From Chrysomallon squamiferum (Eukaryota > Animalia > Mollusca), in the NCBI GenBank assembly GCA_012295275.1, contig CM022671.1, positions 34,720,001 to 34,784,000 of the forward strand: a stretch of 64,000 nt of DNA, given 5' to 3'. Shown here piece after piece: positions 1 to 18,203 of this stretch; within the stretch, counting starts at the first letter, position 1; the number at the start of each line of letters is the position of its first letter. A program made the translations under genes and the position numbers. The notes under the pieces are model-generated. The model had not been told where the DNA came from. It did no database searches and was given only the letters and a program-made list of their open reading frames with translations.

Positions 1-875
1 AAAACAAAAATAACAGCATAAAAGATAAAAGAAAGATTTTATTAGATACATTTTACAAGATATAAAAATATAAGTTGTTTTAATGATTAACAATAACAAA
101 AATATCTAGAAAAGAACTTGAAAAATATAGGAAAATTGATAAATGGCTTTCTTAAACATAATTAAATTTCAGTATTTGTCTAATTTATAGAGGCAGGTAT
201 TATTTATTATATATACCTACATATTCACATATGGATGTAAAAACACACATACAAACAGAAACACACACACATTATTGCTAATAATTAAATAATTAATTGA
301 AATTAATACAAAAAAACTCCACAAAATTAATTATTATAATTATTAATGAGACAGTAATACTGGAAATAACAGCTTCTTAAAATTCATGACCTCTATTTTA
401 ATTTTAAAATATGATATCAGTTGATTTAAAAAAATAATAAAATAAAATAAAATAAAATAAAATAAAATAAAATAAAATAACAAAACCTTCTGTAGCCATA
501 TAAAACATTAAACACACAAAAAAAACATCTATATAATTTTCAATTTTCACGAAACTCGCAAAGGAAATCTTGAGTGGCATGGAAATTCTGGATTTCTGGA
601 TTTATGTCAAAAATTGTTAAAACAAAATATTTTTGGAAAAACAATACAAAGTTCGGGGTTAGTATCAGTCTACATTGTACAAGTGGAATCCATCTATAGA
701 CACTCCCCCCGCAAAAAAATAACAATAATAAAGTTCTACTTGTAAACAGAAACACTGTATATTTACAAACTAAACTGTTGCAAAACGAATAAAAAAGATT
801 TAAAAATACTGAACGGGATAAAACGTTTAAAGATAAAAATCATTTTTGTCCATTATATGAATGCAACTTTATAAA

Positions 876-912
<37 letters not shown>

Positions 913-1667
913 CTAAACAAACACAAACTTATTTTAAAGTAAAACAGGAACAAAATGTTGTTGGTTCTCTAACACACATGAAATATAAATATACACATTA
1001 AAATACATGTAACATATTTCAAGATAACAATATAAAATTTAACTTTAAAAAGTTATTAATAAGAATGATGTATCAAAATATTACTATACCTCTCTGTGTA
1101 ATTATAATTAAATAGTTTTCTGAAAAAGGTATAAACAAAACAAACACATTTCCAGATTAAACCAATCAACAACTTGTTAAGGGAACACCCTGCCAGGTCG
1201 TGTTCATATTAATTATTATGCATAATCAACACTTTAATAAAATAGCATTATGATAATTCTGGTATTTTTGTTTTATATCATACGCTAAATATGTATTTGC
1301 TTACATCATTTTTCATCTGGGTATTTTGTGAATTAATTTAATTTAATTTATATTTAAAATTCAACGAGAAAGAAAGATAAGTTTGCTGTGAGACAGCAAC
1401 TAGTTTAAGTTAAATTATGATTAAATCCTTCATATTAAATTTCATCCATCTTATTTTTTATTTCAAAACTTTTATTATATTTTAACCAAATCGCCTCTGT
1501 TAATCTAGAAACAATTTAGTTATATTTTAACCAAATCCTTCATATTAAATTTCAAGCAATTAACATTTAAAGTAATTTAAGAAAGTGACACAGAATCATT
1601 ATTATTTACAATAGTGAAAGATAGCTAAAATGTTCATCTTTTTATTCAAAATTAACGGAGTTCAGTG

Positions 1668-3948
1668 TTAAATCATATTCAGAAAGCCAGAAACTGTTGC
1701 TACAACAGCAGCAACACACACCAGCAAGACACTGCCTGATTTGACTACAGCATATGATTCATAATAATCATCACAAAAAGAAGAAGCAAACCCTCGGTAT
1801 GCATCTTTTACAAGTCCCAGCATTTTCTCTGGACAGCTGTCTTTTAGTGATTCTCTTGTACACTTCCACATCTCTACGTTTAGTCTGAAATTACAACAGA
1901 GATATATTTTTCCACACAATTCAGCAAACGTTTTTCTGTTTTGTGAATGAATGCACTTTGTAACAAAAGATAGAATAAATAACTAAACCAGATGTTTAGA
2001 CATTCCAACAGTTTCTTAGATACTGACATCAATTGTTGATAACAATAAAATATACAGCAATACAGTAAAAAATGAAAACTTACATGAAAACTGGGGAAAG
2101 GTTTTCATGACATTTCACATGTATAGAAAATAATTTAAAAAACAAAAACAGTATATTTTAGTACAAAAACTACCATCCATTTTTATTATTCAGTTTAATG
2201 TATTGAATTATAAGAAATGTCATATCAGATGTCACACAGACAAACTCAGGTATGTCATAAAAAATACATCATATCTAAAAGATTGTTTTTCTAAGGCTAG
2301 AACGAAAATAATGAGTACAAAATTACCTATTACTCATTTATTTATATACGGCCAAAGTAACATCCTCCTTAATGTGAATCAGAGGACACGAACATTAAAA
2401 AACTACTCTTTCATCTAAACAAAAACAGCTTTAATAATTCACAGACTTCATTTCTCTCAGCATAACTATGAAGATTTACACACTGGACCATAAAAACATA
2501 TCTGCAACCAAAATACAATATCATGTGACAAGCAGAATCGTAAATTTAATAACAGTGAAATATAATAAACCTGAACTAATAATGTTCTAATTCTTTCACC
2601 TACACGTAAACGTTTTTAGTACAAAACCATTTCTACGCACCGACAGGTCAAATCCCTGACTTCTTCCTCATCAGGATTTCCAGCCATGACCTTTTGAAGC
2701 TTGGCCTGGAACTTCTTGTTTTCTTTCTCTATGCAGATCCCTGCAGAGGCCCTATTCTGCTTCATACACTCTTTATTTTGAATGATGTCTTCAAAAAACA
2801 CAATGTATTAAATTTAAAAAAAAAAAAATTTATTCACTGTGAAATGGACATTTAAAAAAAATGAAAAAAAATAAATAATAAAACAGATTAAAAACACTTC
2901 TATGTGTAATTTATTTTGTATAGGCATCATCGTTAACGTTAACTTCCTCCTATTTATACCACTCGAAACTGTTTTCTGTAAGTTTTTTGATGTACATACA
3001 ACAACAACAAAACCAAAAACAATGCAGTAATTATCAAACATCTGAAAGCCCTATTATTTTACAGCAGTCATAAGAGAAATTATTGTTTTTCCTACTTAAA
3101 TTATATTATGTAACAACTTTCAGAAATGACACAATCAATACAATAGTGTAGTGGTTTTAATTTTCAACTGCCAAACCTGAAAAATGCCAAACCTACTGTT
3201 CTAAAACGTGTTTTTCATTTACAATACTAAAAAGTGATAAATGTATTTAATGTAGTGGTGCAAATACAACATCCATTAGTCTATATGTAATCAGTGTAGC
3301 AAAATTGTGACTTTTATTTTAAACTCCAGACTTAACACAGTATGAGCAGTAATGAATTTTGTTTTGTTTCAACAGGCCTAATATTAAAAAAACCGGCAAT
3401 GAACAGATAGAAACATTCTATTTTCAGTTAATATAAATATAAACATTTCTGAGTTGCACAGAGATTTATATGAGCCATTTCATTCCACCGTTCAGAATTT
3501 GTATATATGTCATATCTTTCAACTGCATACGAAATGAAATAATCTGTTCAATCATCACCTACTGAAAAACATTACAAATTTTGTTCCAGGCAAATAGTTC
3601 TGCTAATACGTTATGAGCCCCTTCTCTCACTAGCTGATTTTATCAAACCGTAAACACAATGTAATTAACAAGTTTTACATTAAGATAATTTATTATGTAT
3701 TTTAAAAAAAGCAAAAGAGAAATACATACAGTCTATATTATTACACAGAAGCTTAACTGTTTCACCCCATCTTTTTATGTCAAAAGACTTTTTCAGTTCT
3801 TTTACAAATTTGGTGTTCTCGCACTCATCAATGAGCTTCCTCAGGCACTTTGTCACTTCAGAGATTTTATTTGATCTGAAATAATAATTATTATGTGTTG
3901 TTTTTCTAGTTCTTTTTATTTTTCTTATTATTACTGTTATTATTGTTG

Positions 3949-4006
<58 letters not shown>

Positions 4007-5911
4007 TACTACTACTATTACTATTATTATTAAAATTATTGTTACTTATGTTATTATTGTCGCTATATTATTATTATCATCATCATCATCATTATCCACT
4101 TTAATTATAAGCATTTAGTTGATAACTTTTTGTCCACATTCAGTTTAATATGTGTAAGTCCTACTGATCAGTACTGTAACACAAGGATACTCGTTAATAT
4201 GAATTCAGAGTATCAAACGTCTTTAACCTTTCAAAATCAAAATATTTTCAGCTCATTCTTAAAGGCCACTGTGTGTTTTATAATCTTTAAGCAGCAGACT
4301 GCAAACTGTGCACCTACATAATCCTGGAAATGTTAGAAATTCCCCGCAGTCACAAAGACATACACAAACAACAAACCTGTCAGGCAAAATATAAAAAGAC
4401 AAAAATGCCTATATATATATATATATAGGCATTTTTGTATTTGGTTTTTTTTTGTTTTTTTTTTTCTTTTACTCTGGATCACAGTATTCGGCCAACTGAC
4501 ATAATAAAACAATAGGAAAGAAAATGGCACATTAACCAACGTCTGAAATTGCCGTATATTCTTAAATATTTCAAGTTATTTTAACAAATATGAAAAGTCT
4601 GATTTGCTTCTTTCTTAAGGCTCTAGCCAAAGAAACAGGACATTTTCTGGTATCTTGGAAATTAATTGTTTGTTGTTTGTTGTGTGTTTTTTGTGAACAT
4701 ACCAGATAAACTCAATCACAAAGACACATATAGAGAAACACTCGCATACATACGCATAACATGATAAACAAATATAAACCCTCACACACACACAAACCTT
4801 GTTAGAAGAAACTACAATAAATATAAAACAGTGCTTTCAGTATTTACTTGCAGATCGCTTTTATTTGGTCACCATCTTCATCTAGGAAATCCAGACTTCT
4901 CCCTGCAGATGAACCGATTCTCAGACCTGTTAGACAGTTACCAAAAGCGTCTTGAGGTTTTTCTGGACACTCAGCATGTGCAAAGTAGACTGGACAAAGT
5001 AAAAGAAATCATCATTCGTTTAACCATTTATTGAATCTGCCAGGCACTTGTCACCGGACCAATAAATGTATTTTTAAAACACAATTTATAAACAAAACAT
5101 CTAATAGTTATATGAACTGAAATCATATTTCGAAACTGATTTTTAATTTTCTTCTAAGTCGAAAACCAAATATCGTTTTCCTGTTGTCACACGCTATGAA
5201 ACTAACGATTTGTCTGTATCGTCGTTTTACTGACAGCAATAACATGAGTACAATTCACAAACTGATTTTTTTTTCTATCAAAAATTAAAAAGAAACGAGA
5301 ACATATTTGTATCTTGGTATTTTCACCCAAGAATGCCAAGCCCCGTTTTATAATATCGACCCCACCAAACAAATCCTTCTCTACAGCGATAAGCAGGGGA
5401 GAAAACGATCGAAATACTTCCCGGAAATATTTGCTGCAGTTAAGTAGTGCATGTGATTGTCATATAATTTACACATTTCCACATATAAAACAAAAACAAC
5501 GAAAGCATGGATATATTAACAAAATATGATATAATACAAAATATGACATTAAAAGCGTTTTATTAAACGAAGGACAATTTACTGTGATGTAGAAAAAAAC
5601 ATCACTGATCGAAAACAGCTGTTACCAACACTATCAAGTCAAGGTGAATATCTCATGCGATATAATGAGTATCGCACATTAATCTTTTTAAATACATTCC
5701 CAAACGCAGAATAATTATACAATAAAATTAATATATTGTACACAAAGGTCTTCGAGACATAATATACTGCGTAGACGATAGGTCTACCATGATTATGATT
5801 ATATTCATAAAACTGAAACGCACACTCTAAAGGACTTCAGTGATTTAAAAGCAAGATCTTACTGAATATGAAGGCTACTCCACACACAAACAAGAACCCA
5901 TTGTCGTTCAT
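1668..5911 (-). CDS. Spliced gene, 233-aa secreted/GPI-anchored Cys-rich protein with two 6-Cys repeats (reminiscent of DUF19/DUF1397-type invertebrate proteins; family unverified)
   Basis: Coding exons 5911-5863, 4989-4848, 3875-3730, 2788-2641, 1884-1668. All introns GT-AG, phases 1,2,1,2, total 702 nt open. N-terminus MNDNGFLFVCGVAFIFIYFAHA is signal-peptide-like; 12 Cys in the ectodomain; hydrophobic C-terminus SGSVLLVCVAAVVATVSGFLNMI. Minus-strand AATAAA at 1641-1646. Confidence 0.85.
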
Positions 5912-7075
5912 CTTGTATTTACGTCTTTTCAAATGGTTACTTTCTGCAACTTTCAACAAAAAAACAGCACTGCGCGTCAAACTCGGAAGAAGAACTGAGA
6001 ACGGCAACTGCACTACAGGAAGCAAACCAGGACTGGTCCATTTCTAGGGTTGGAATCATCGCCAAGTAGTCTAAGGAACATAGTACTATGATGTAGTGCA
6101 GCGATGGGAATGTGTAAGATTACACCCCTAAGTCGACATGGGATAGTCCACAGATATTTAGATATTAAAGCAAATATAACGTAGTTCGCTTTTGGGAATA
6201 ACCCTCGTTTATCATTAATACTGTAATCAAAGGTCAAAGTTTTTTGAAATCTACTTTTGCGATAATAACTTTGTTTTTTTTTTTTAATAAAGAGAAAAAA
6301 AAAGAGTTTAAGATCGTAAGTTAGTTTATAAAGCTTGATTTGTTTAACAACACTGTTCAAGAATTATTGCATAATCTGAAGAAATCAGCAACATTGTTCC
6401 GTTATAGCAGCAAGCGACCTTCTATACGCATATTTCTACAGACGAGAAATCACGTCAATGATCATTCTATTTATCACACATCGATTAGTCAAACTGTTAT
6501 AAGTCGTTTTACAAATCCTTTACTGTTCTTTTGTAAGATAATGTACAAATGAGAGGAAATTAATAATAATCATGCTTAAAAGCATGACAAATTTAATTCA
6601 GGCGGGCATGTGTACTTTGAGAGAGAAAGCAAAGGTTATGACAGACTTTTCACATGAAAATGTCTCAAAAACCGAAGTCTTGTATTATTTATTCCTTTCC
6701 TTCCGGTGCGAAGGACGAAACAAACAAACCCATCTCTCTTCTCCATAAATACTTTCTAACGTTATTATTGTTGGAGCGGTAGTTTTGGTTTGAATTTTTA
6801 TTTCCACGAGTTAACAGATTATTACTCTACGTAGTCATTACTTTCTCTTCTGCTCCGTAATATATTTAATACCTGATACACAGTTGTATTTTATTTCCTG
6901 TTTTAATGTTTTATTCTTTACGCTGACACGGAGACCTGAATCAGAGCTCTGTTCGTACGCACGACATTTTTATTTTCGTCTCGTCAACATTTGTGTCAGA
7001 AAATGACAAATAGCTTGTCAAGGTTAATCATGATTCCACGTCAAAATAATTCTTTTCTTGTCGCCATAACAGACA

Positions 7076-7243
7076 AGGGGCGGATCGTGAGGTAGGAGCA
7101 CCAGCTCCAACCCTCCCATTTATTACTAACCCACGTTTTTTTTTTTTTCTTCTTTACGATTAAATATTTTATCTTGTAAGTTATAACGTTCGCAGTTTTG
7201 GCGTCCCCACCTTATTTTTTTCTGAAAATATGTATCCGCTCCT
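7076..7243. mobile_element. Degenerate short MITE-like element (GGGGCGGATC-type ends)
   Basis: AGGGGCGGATC at 7076 and imperfect inverse TATCCGCTCCT ending 7243, with GC-rich subtermini in AT-rich context. Confidence 0.4.
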
Positions 7244-7343
7244 AAACGAAGGGGAGTTTTAGAATGTGAGGTCACTATTTCGTCTGTTCTAAACAGCAGT
7301 CTTGAATCTGTGTCTTTTGTGCAAACATCTGACTATACTAATA

Positions 7344-11566
<4,223 letters not shown>

Positions 11567-11588
11567 TTCGTTTTCATCGAAATATTGC

Positions 11589-11652
<64 letters not shown>

Positions 11653-12351
11653 TAAATGTAATTGTGGTGGTTCGGAAATAAATACTGGATGTTAAAATGG
11701 TATCAGTTCTAATCGTTCTAGTTCGGATTACAGAGAGTGCCAGTATAAACACATTTTATTCAGAGTTATGGTTCTTGCGATCTCTATTTTGGAGAGAATA
11801 CCATTGTTGATCATTATAATTAATAATCAATGTCAAAAATTGTTTCAGCAAAATTTTAAAACATGTACATAACATACGTGTCTTTGTTGCATATTAAAGT
11901 TTTAATCCTTCAATATTTTTATAAAGAATCTTTTTCCTCATGTTTTTGTTTTTTTCGTCCTATAATGTAAATACTGAGTTCAAGTGTATAAACTCCTCAA
12001 AGACTTTTTATTTTATTTTATTTTATTTTAACTTCTTGTTTTGTTTTAATTACTGCAATGTTACGCAGATAATCATTTCTGAGAATGATGTACGAGAGAG
12101 TCTGTGCTGTGTATCAGTAAATAAGGTGTCGTTCCATGGCGTCCTGTGGGAATTTGAAAGTAATCACTCAGTGTTAATTATATCCCAGCTGGACTGTGCA
12201 AGTGCTGAGATTATTCTGCTGCTGATGATTACTATAAAACTGTCTTACCATTACATTTCTAGACACTGGTCTGTCTAGGTTCAAGTAATAAGAGTCTGTG
12301 GATAAGTCAATTCTGATATCATCTTCAAAGTACTGATTATTACATACACAC

Positions 12352-12422
<71 letters not shown>

Positions 12423-13517
12423 ATCTATCTATCTATATCTCAGTCTTTTTCTTCTTTTATTTCTCTAGCTCTCTCTCTCTCTCTCTTTCGTTTTCTCTCT
12501 TTCTCTCTCTCACACATTCTTTCTTGGCTCTCTCTATTTCGTTCTCTCTCTTTCTCTCTCTCTATTTCGTTCTCTCTCTTTCTCTCTCTCTCTCACTCTG
12601 TCTTTGTTGTTGTTTATGTGGTTGTTGATTTTTGTTTTAACGACAGATTTAATTTTTATTCAGAAAATAAGAAATAAATTGTTATTATTTAAGAATTATT
12701 TTGTTTCTGTACAGCGACAAATAGGTATGAGAGTGGATGGGCAGTCATACTGACAGACAGACAGACACTGACGATAACGCATACAATACACACACATAAA
12801 ATGAATACAGACACATGAAAACGCTCAAAGCCTCACAGCGTATTTATCATAACTGCAATTAAACAAAAATAACAAAGTTCACAAGATCTTTATTTTTAAC
12901 TCTTCGTGGCCTTATGAAACAGCCTTATAAATCTTGCAGCCTGCCAGTAAGTGTGACAACTCTACACAGACTCGTCCTGTCCTGAAACTGTCAACAGCAA
13001 AGACAATTGTATCGCCTGCGGCTGGATTCTCATAGTTCATTCACGTGCAGCAAGAATGTTCTTAAACTGCTGAATAGCTTCTGGGTTTATTTGTCAAATA
13101 TATAGCTTAACTGTATGCACGTCCTTTATATATATATATATATATGTACGTGGTTTATATATAGCACATATTCTATATATAAACCACGTACGTACTCGTG
13201 ACAAGGACTGCGGGCTTAGTATGATTGTCATGATTGTTAGAAAGGAAATAACAATATACAGAAACATATAAATATTCAAATACAGCACACACATAAACGT
13301 AGAATAATAGCACATAAACACAGCGAAACACGCATAACTTTCCCTATTAAGTGCAAGCATGCATAACTTGAGAGGCACTTGTTTATTTAGCACACGTAAG
13401 TTTGTTATATCAATGACGCCTTCCAGGGTTCCTTTGATCTGAGTCACGTCGACAGGGTAGATTTTTTTTTTTTTTTTTAAATCTTTTTTTTTATTTTCAT
13501 TTATTTATTTATTTATT

Positions 13518-13556
<39 letters not shown>

Positions 13557-14242
13557 TTTTTTTTTTTTTTTTTTTTTTTTTTGTGCCTATAGTTATTAAT
13601 TTGTATAAGATTCAGTATAGGTCACGAATAACTGAGATATAAATTATGTTAGTGAATTGTTGAGATGTTTCCGAGTGCAGAAAGGAGAAGGAAATGCTGA
13701 ACGCTAAAATATTTACTGATTAAAACGTACAGGGTGACGTCCTTAAGGAAGGATGGATAGATGGATGGCTGCTGGGATGGATGCTGGGATGGATGATGGA
13801 TGGATGGATGAATGAATTGATGGATGAGGGAATAATGCTTGGTTGGTTGGTTGTATGGATGGATTTTTGTTTTTGTTTTTGTTTTTTGCTTTTTTTGTTT
13901 ACAGAAAAATACGTAAAAAGGAAAGCCTTGGATTGACCTCTAATGCACAAGTGTCAGGACTTTCAGGAACGAGAATTAGCTTTCAAATATCAGCGACAAT
14001 GACTGATCCTTCGACCCACCTACCTAAAACTCGCGTGTCTGTACTTCACGTTGTTTACATACTTACAGAGGAGATATATTATTCACGGTTCAGGTGACAC
14101 ACATTATCATATGCCCGACTTACGATTCAAAGTTTCTAGTTACCTTTGTTTGACCCAGCTCTGTGTTAACCTGCACAGCAAACAGATAATTTGATATAAT
14201 TTTTTTCTTTTCTATCTGACCTTATTTCACTCGAATATTAAG

Positions 14243-14508
14243 ATGGCTGAGTTTGTACATGACGACCAACAGGCCACCGCACCCCCGGGAAGCAGGGTGG
14301 TGGTGATAGGTGTGGACGGAAGTCCGTATGCAAACTTTGCTTTCGACTGTAAGTGTTTGATTTAATGTTTGTCGCGATAGTTTAGTTGTGTGTGACTCTT
14401 TTGTAGACGATATGTTACGTCCTGTTCAGGTTTTCTTTCTCTTAAACCTGTTTGCAAGTTCCGGAATGCGACGTATTTTGTCATTGTTTCTTTGTTTGTG
14501 TGTGCTTG

Positions 14509-14584
<76 letters not shown>

Positions 14585-14788
14585 TCTTCTTCTTCTTCTT
14601 CTTCTCCTTTTTTTCTCCATTTTTATTTGCTTTACTTTCTATCTGCGCATTTTGTTCGTTTAATTTCCGTATGTAGTGGTCAACTGAATATTCATTTTAT
14701 AGTAAATAGATAATAATGATATTGCTGTTATTATTATTACTATTATTATTATTGTTATTATTATTATTGTTGTTGTTGTTGTTGTTAC

Positions 14789-14824
<36 letters not shown>

Positions 14825-14875
14825 AATTATTATTATTACAGTTATGACTATTATTATTTTTATTATTATTATTAA

Positions 14876-14908
<33 letters not shown>

Positions 14909-14940
14909 AATTATTATTATTACACTTATGACTATTATTA

Positions 14941-15005
<65 letters not shown>

Positions 15006-17800
15006 TGATATAAAAGAAGATACGAGGTATATGAACTGTTTTGTGTTCAGGGTACGTGAGCAACGTGAGAAAGGACAACGACTACGTAGTTCTCGTAAAC
15101 TCCCCGGAGATGGGAGACATCATCAAATCATCCTGGAACAGCAGTAAGTTACTGAAACTAGCACATACTCAGCTACATTAAAACTTTGAAACACATAGAA
15201 CAGTAAATAATAGTAGTTGCTGTTTTAGTAGAGGTAGTGATTGTAGAGGTAGTAGTTGCAATTGCAGAAGTTCTAGTAACAATATAAGTAGTGGTTGTTG
15301 TATTATTATTACTATTATTACTACTACCACTACTACTGTTATTATTACTACTACTACTACTACTATAATTACTACTACTACTACTATTATTATTACTACT
15401 ACTGCTGCTACAGCTCCTAATGCTACTACTTTTGCTACTTTTATTAGTGTGAAATACCACGAATGTATTGTATCTAGTATTAATTTCAAAAAAACTCACA
15501 AAAAACAATTACAATAAAAAAAATTATATTGTAAAATGTATCTGTAAGTTTATCTACTATACAAGTAAATATGTCTATCTAAACAGTAATAGTTGTTGTT
15601 TTGATGCCGTTGTCGTTGTTGTTGCTTTTGTTGCTGTTCAAGGTGCAACAATTATAATTGTTGTTGTTGTTGTTTGCAGGTCTCTATGTTTATGATAAAA
15701 ATCTGATGACAAAAATGCTCGAAGAGGAACGCCAAGCAATCAACAAACATCTCAGTTACTACAAGAACAAATTATCAGAAATCAAAGTATGTCTGTCTCT
15801 CTGTCTGTCTCTCTGTCTCTCTGTTTGTCTCTCTGCGTGTTTCTCTCTCTGTCTGTATCTCTGTCTGCATCTAACTTATACATATGTATACGTTTTTATA
15901 ATCCGTCCCTAAAACAAAAGGGTCCATCAACCTGTTGTTCATTTTCAAGTATGAGTAATCCCACGTTAGTCTACAATGACTCTTTGTTATTCACTTTTTA
16001 ATACTATCTGGCGAGGAATGAACCCAGGTTCAAAGTATATAACACAGTGAAATGTGTTAAGATTTTTTATTATTATTATTTATTTATTGATTTTGTTTTT
16101 ACTTTTTATTATTTTTTTTATTTTTTTTATTTTTTTTTTTTTATTTATTTATTTATTTATTTTTTTTTTATCTATTTATTTATTTGCGTAATTACTTTAC
16201 TTTACTATACTTTATTTTTTTTTTTATTAATTTATTAATTTTTTTTTATTTGCTTACTTACTTTACTTTATTTATTTAGTTAGTTAGTTAGTTATGTTAT
16301 CATTCTCTTTTATTTATTTATTTAGTTAGTTAGTTATTTTATCATTTTTTTTAATTTTTTTATTTATTAATTTTACTTTTTAATATGTAACTTCAATTTT
16401 TTTCTCTCTCTCCAAAGTTAAACAATGAACATCCAGTGTAGTTTAAATCAAGAAAAACAGAAATCTTAATATCATTCATTTCATAACCGTCAAATTAAAA
16501 TTAATATATATTGTTCATTTAACAGACACTTAATTATCAATTAACTTCTATGTAGCCATATATTTCCTCTTTAGTTTCTTATTTCTTATCTTAATGTAGT
16601 TGACAGAAATTTAAAAGAAAAATAATTTACTTATTTATTTAGAGCCTTCACAGATTATATCAAAATTAAAAGATTATTAAAATACATGTCTTTTAATTTT
16701 CGATTTCATTGCTAACAAAAATATAAAAATATATAGCGCCTTACAAAATAAGTACATTTCTTGTGTCATATATTGAAATTAAGTTTATAAGCGTCAGCTT
16801 AAATACAAAAAAATTTAATTAAGTTTAGAAATTCCAGTATAAACACCTTTTTTTTTTTTTTTAAATACAACAATAAAATAATGCGCACGCAATTTTAGAT
16901 GGTACACCGACATAAAATAAATCAGGATATATATGCATATACAAATAATTATTATTGGTACACCAAGTTTCATAACAGAATCCTAGATGCCAGTTTTGAA
17001 AAATAATTTATTTATTTTAAGTGATAACGTCAGAATCAAAGTTAATAAATAATGTTATTAATACACTCTTATTGTACACATCTGTCTTCACATGAAAATA
17101 ATAAAGAATGTTACTGTTCTGTTTCAGGCGAAGGGAAAAGTGAAGATGATCATAGCCACAAAGTTAATAAATAATTTTATTAATATATTTTTAGTGTACA
17201 CGTCTGTCTTCACATGAAAATAATAAAGAATTTCACTGTTTCAGGCGAAGGGAAAAGTGAAGATGATCATAGCCACAAAGTTAATAAATAATTTTATTAA
17301 TATATTCGTAGTGTACACGTCTAACTTCACATGAAAATAATAAAGAATGTTACTGTTCTGTTTCAGGCGAAGGGAAAAGTGAAGATGATCATAGCCACAA
17401 AGTTAATAAATAATTTTATTAATATATTCGTAGTGTACACGTCTAACTTCACATGAAAATAATAAAGAATTTCACTGTTTCAGGCGAAGGGAAAAGTGAA
17501 GATGATCATAGCCACAATGTTAATAAATAATGTTAATAATATATTCTTAGTGTCTTCACATGAAAATAATAAAGAATTTCACTGTTTCAGGCGAAGGGAA
17601 AAGTGAAGATGATCATAGCCAAGGAACCGGGACAAGCGATCTGCAAAGCGGCCATGGAAGAAAAGGCGGACTTCGTGGTGGTCGGAACTCGCGGGATGGG
17701 TAAAATACGGCGAACTCTCACCGGCAGCGTCAGCGACTACGTCATCCACCACGCTGACATCCCCGTTCTTGTGTGTCGAAATCCAGAAATGCATAAGTAA
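14243..17800 (+). CDS. Universal stress protein (UspA/USP domain), paralogue 1, 171 aa
   Basis: Exons 14243-14348, 15051-15143, 15680-15786, 17591-17800. GT-AG, phases 1,1,0. RVVVIGVDGSPYANFAFDW N-terminal motif and GTRGMGKIRRTLTGSVSDYVIHHADIPVLV with the G-2x-G-9x-GS ATP-binding signature. AATAAA at 18014-18019. Confidence 0.95.
14730..15004. repeat. (TAT)n/(TGT)n trinucleotide microsatellite in USP-1 intron 1
   Basis: Direct observation. Confidence 0.9.
17037..17620 (+). repeat. Five-copy tandem repeat (107-122 bp unit) spanning the intron 3 / exon 4 junction of USP paralogue 1
   Basis: TTTCAG|GCGAAGGGAAAAGTGAAGATGATCATAGCC recurs with exon-start positions 17128, 17245, 17367, 17484 and 17591. 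Confidence 0.95.
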
Positions 17801-18203
17801 CAGTGATAATAACGCAGTTTGAGCACAGTGTGTTAGAAACGGTGATAACACAGTCAGACTGTAGAATGATTTATATTCCAAATCCAAGCAATAATCACTA
17901 ATAACCGAATTATCCTTCATTAAATGTATCAGCGTGTGTTTTTTTTTGTGTGTATGTCTTTTTTTTTTTTTTTTTTGGAATGTTTTAGAGAATGGGTCAA
18001 GCTTTTCCAACAGAATAAATTCTCTAACGATATGAAGAAGTAAGCGCTATTGACCTTTGATGCAAAATATTACAATTTATATATATACATATATATATAT
18101 ACGCGCACATATACACGCACATATTCTATATTTTAAGACTTATAGAGGCAGCTTTGTTACAATATTTGTCTTCGTTTGCAATTCAATACCTCTAAAGGTT
18201 TAT

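Noticed and set aside
4831-5034. Plus-strand 67-aa ORF
   Set aside because: Antisense to exon 2 of the Cys-rich gene.
17037-17620. Tandem repeats here and at 47045-47184 as CRISPR-like arrays
   Set aside because: No unique spacers, no cas genes, eukaryotic context.
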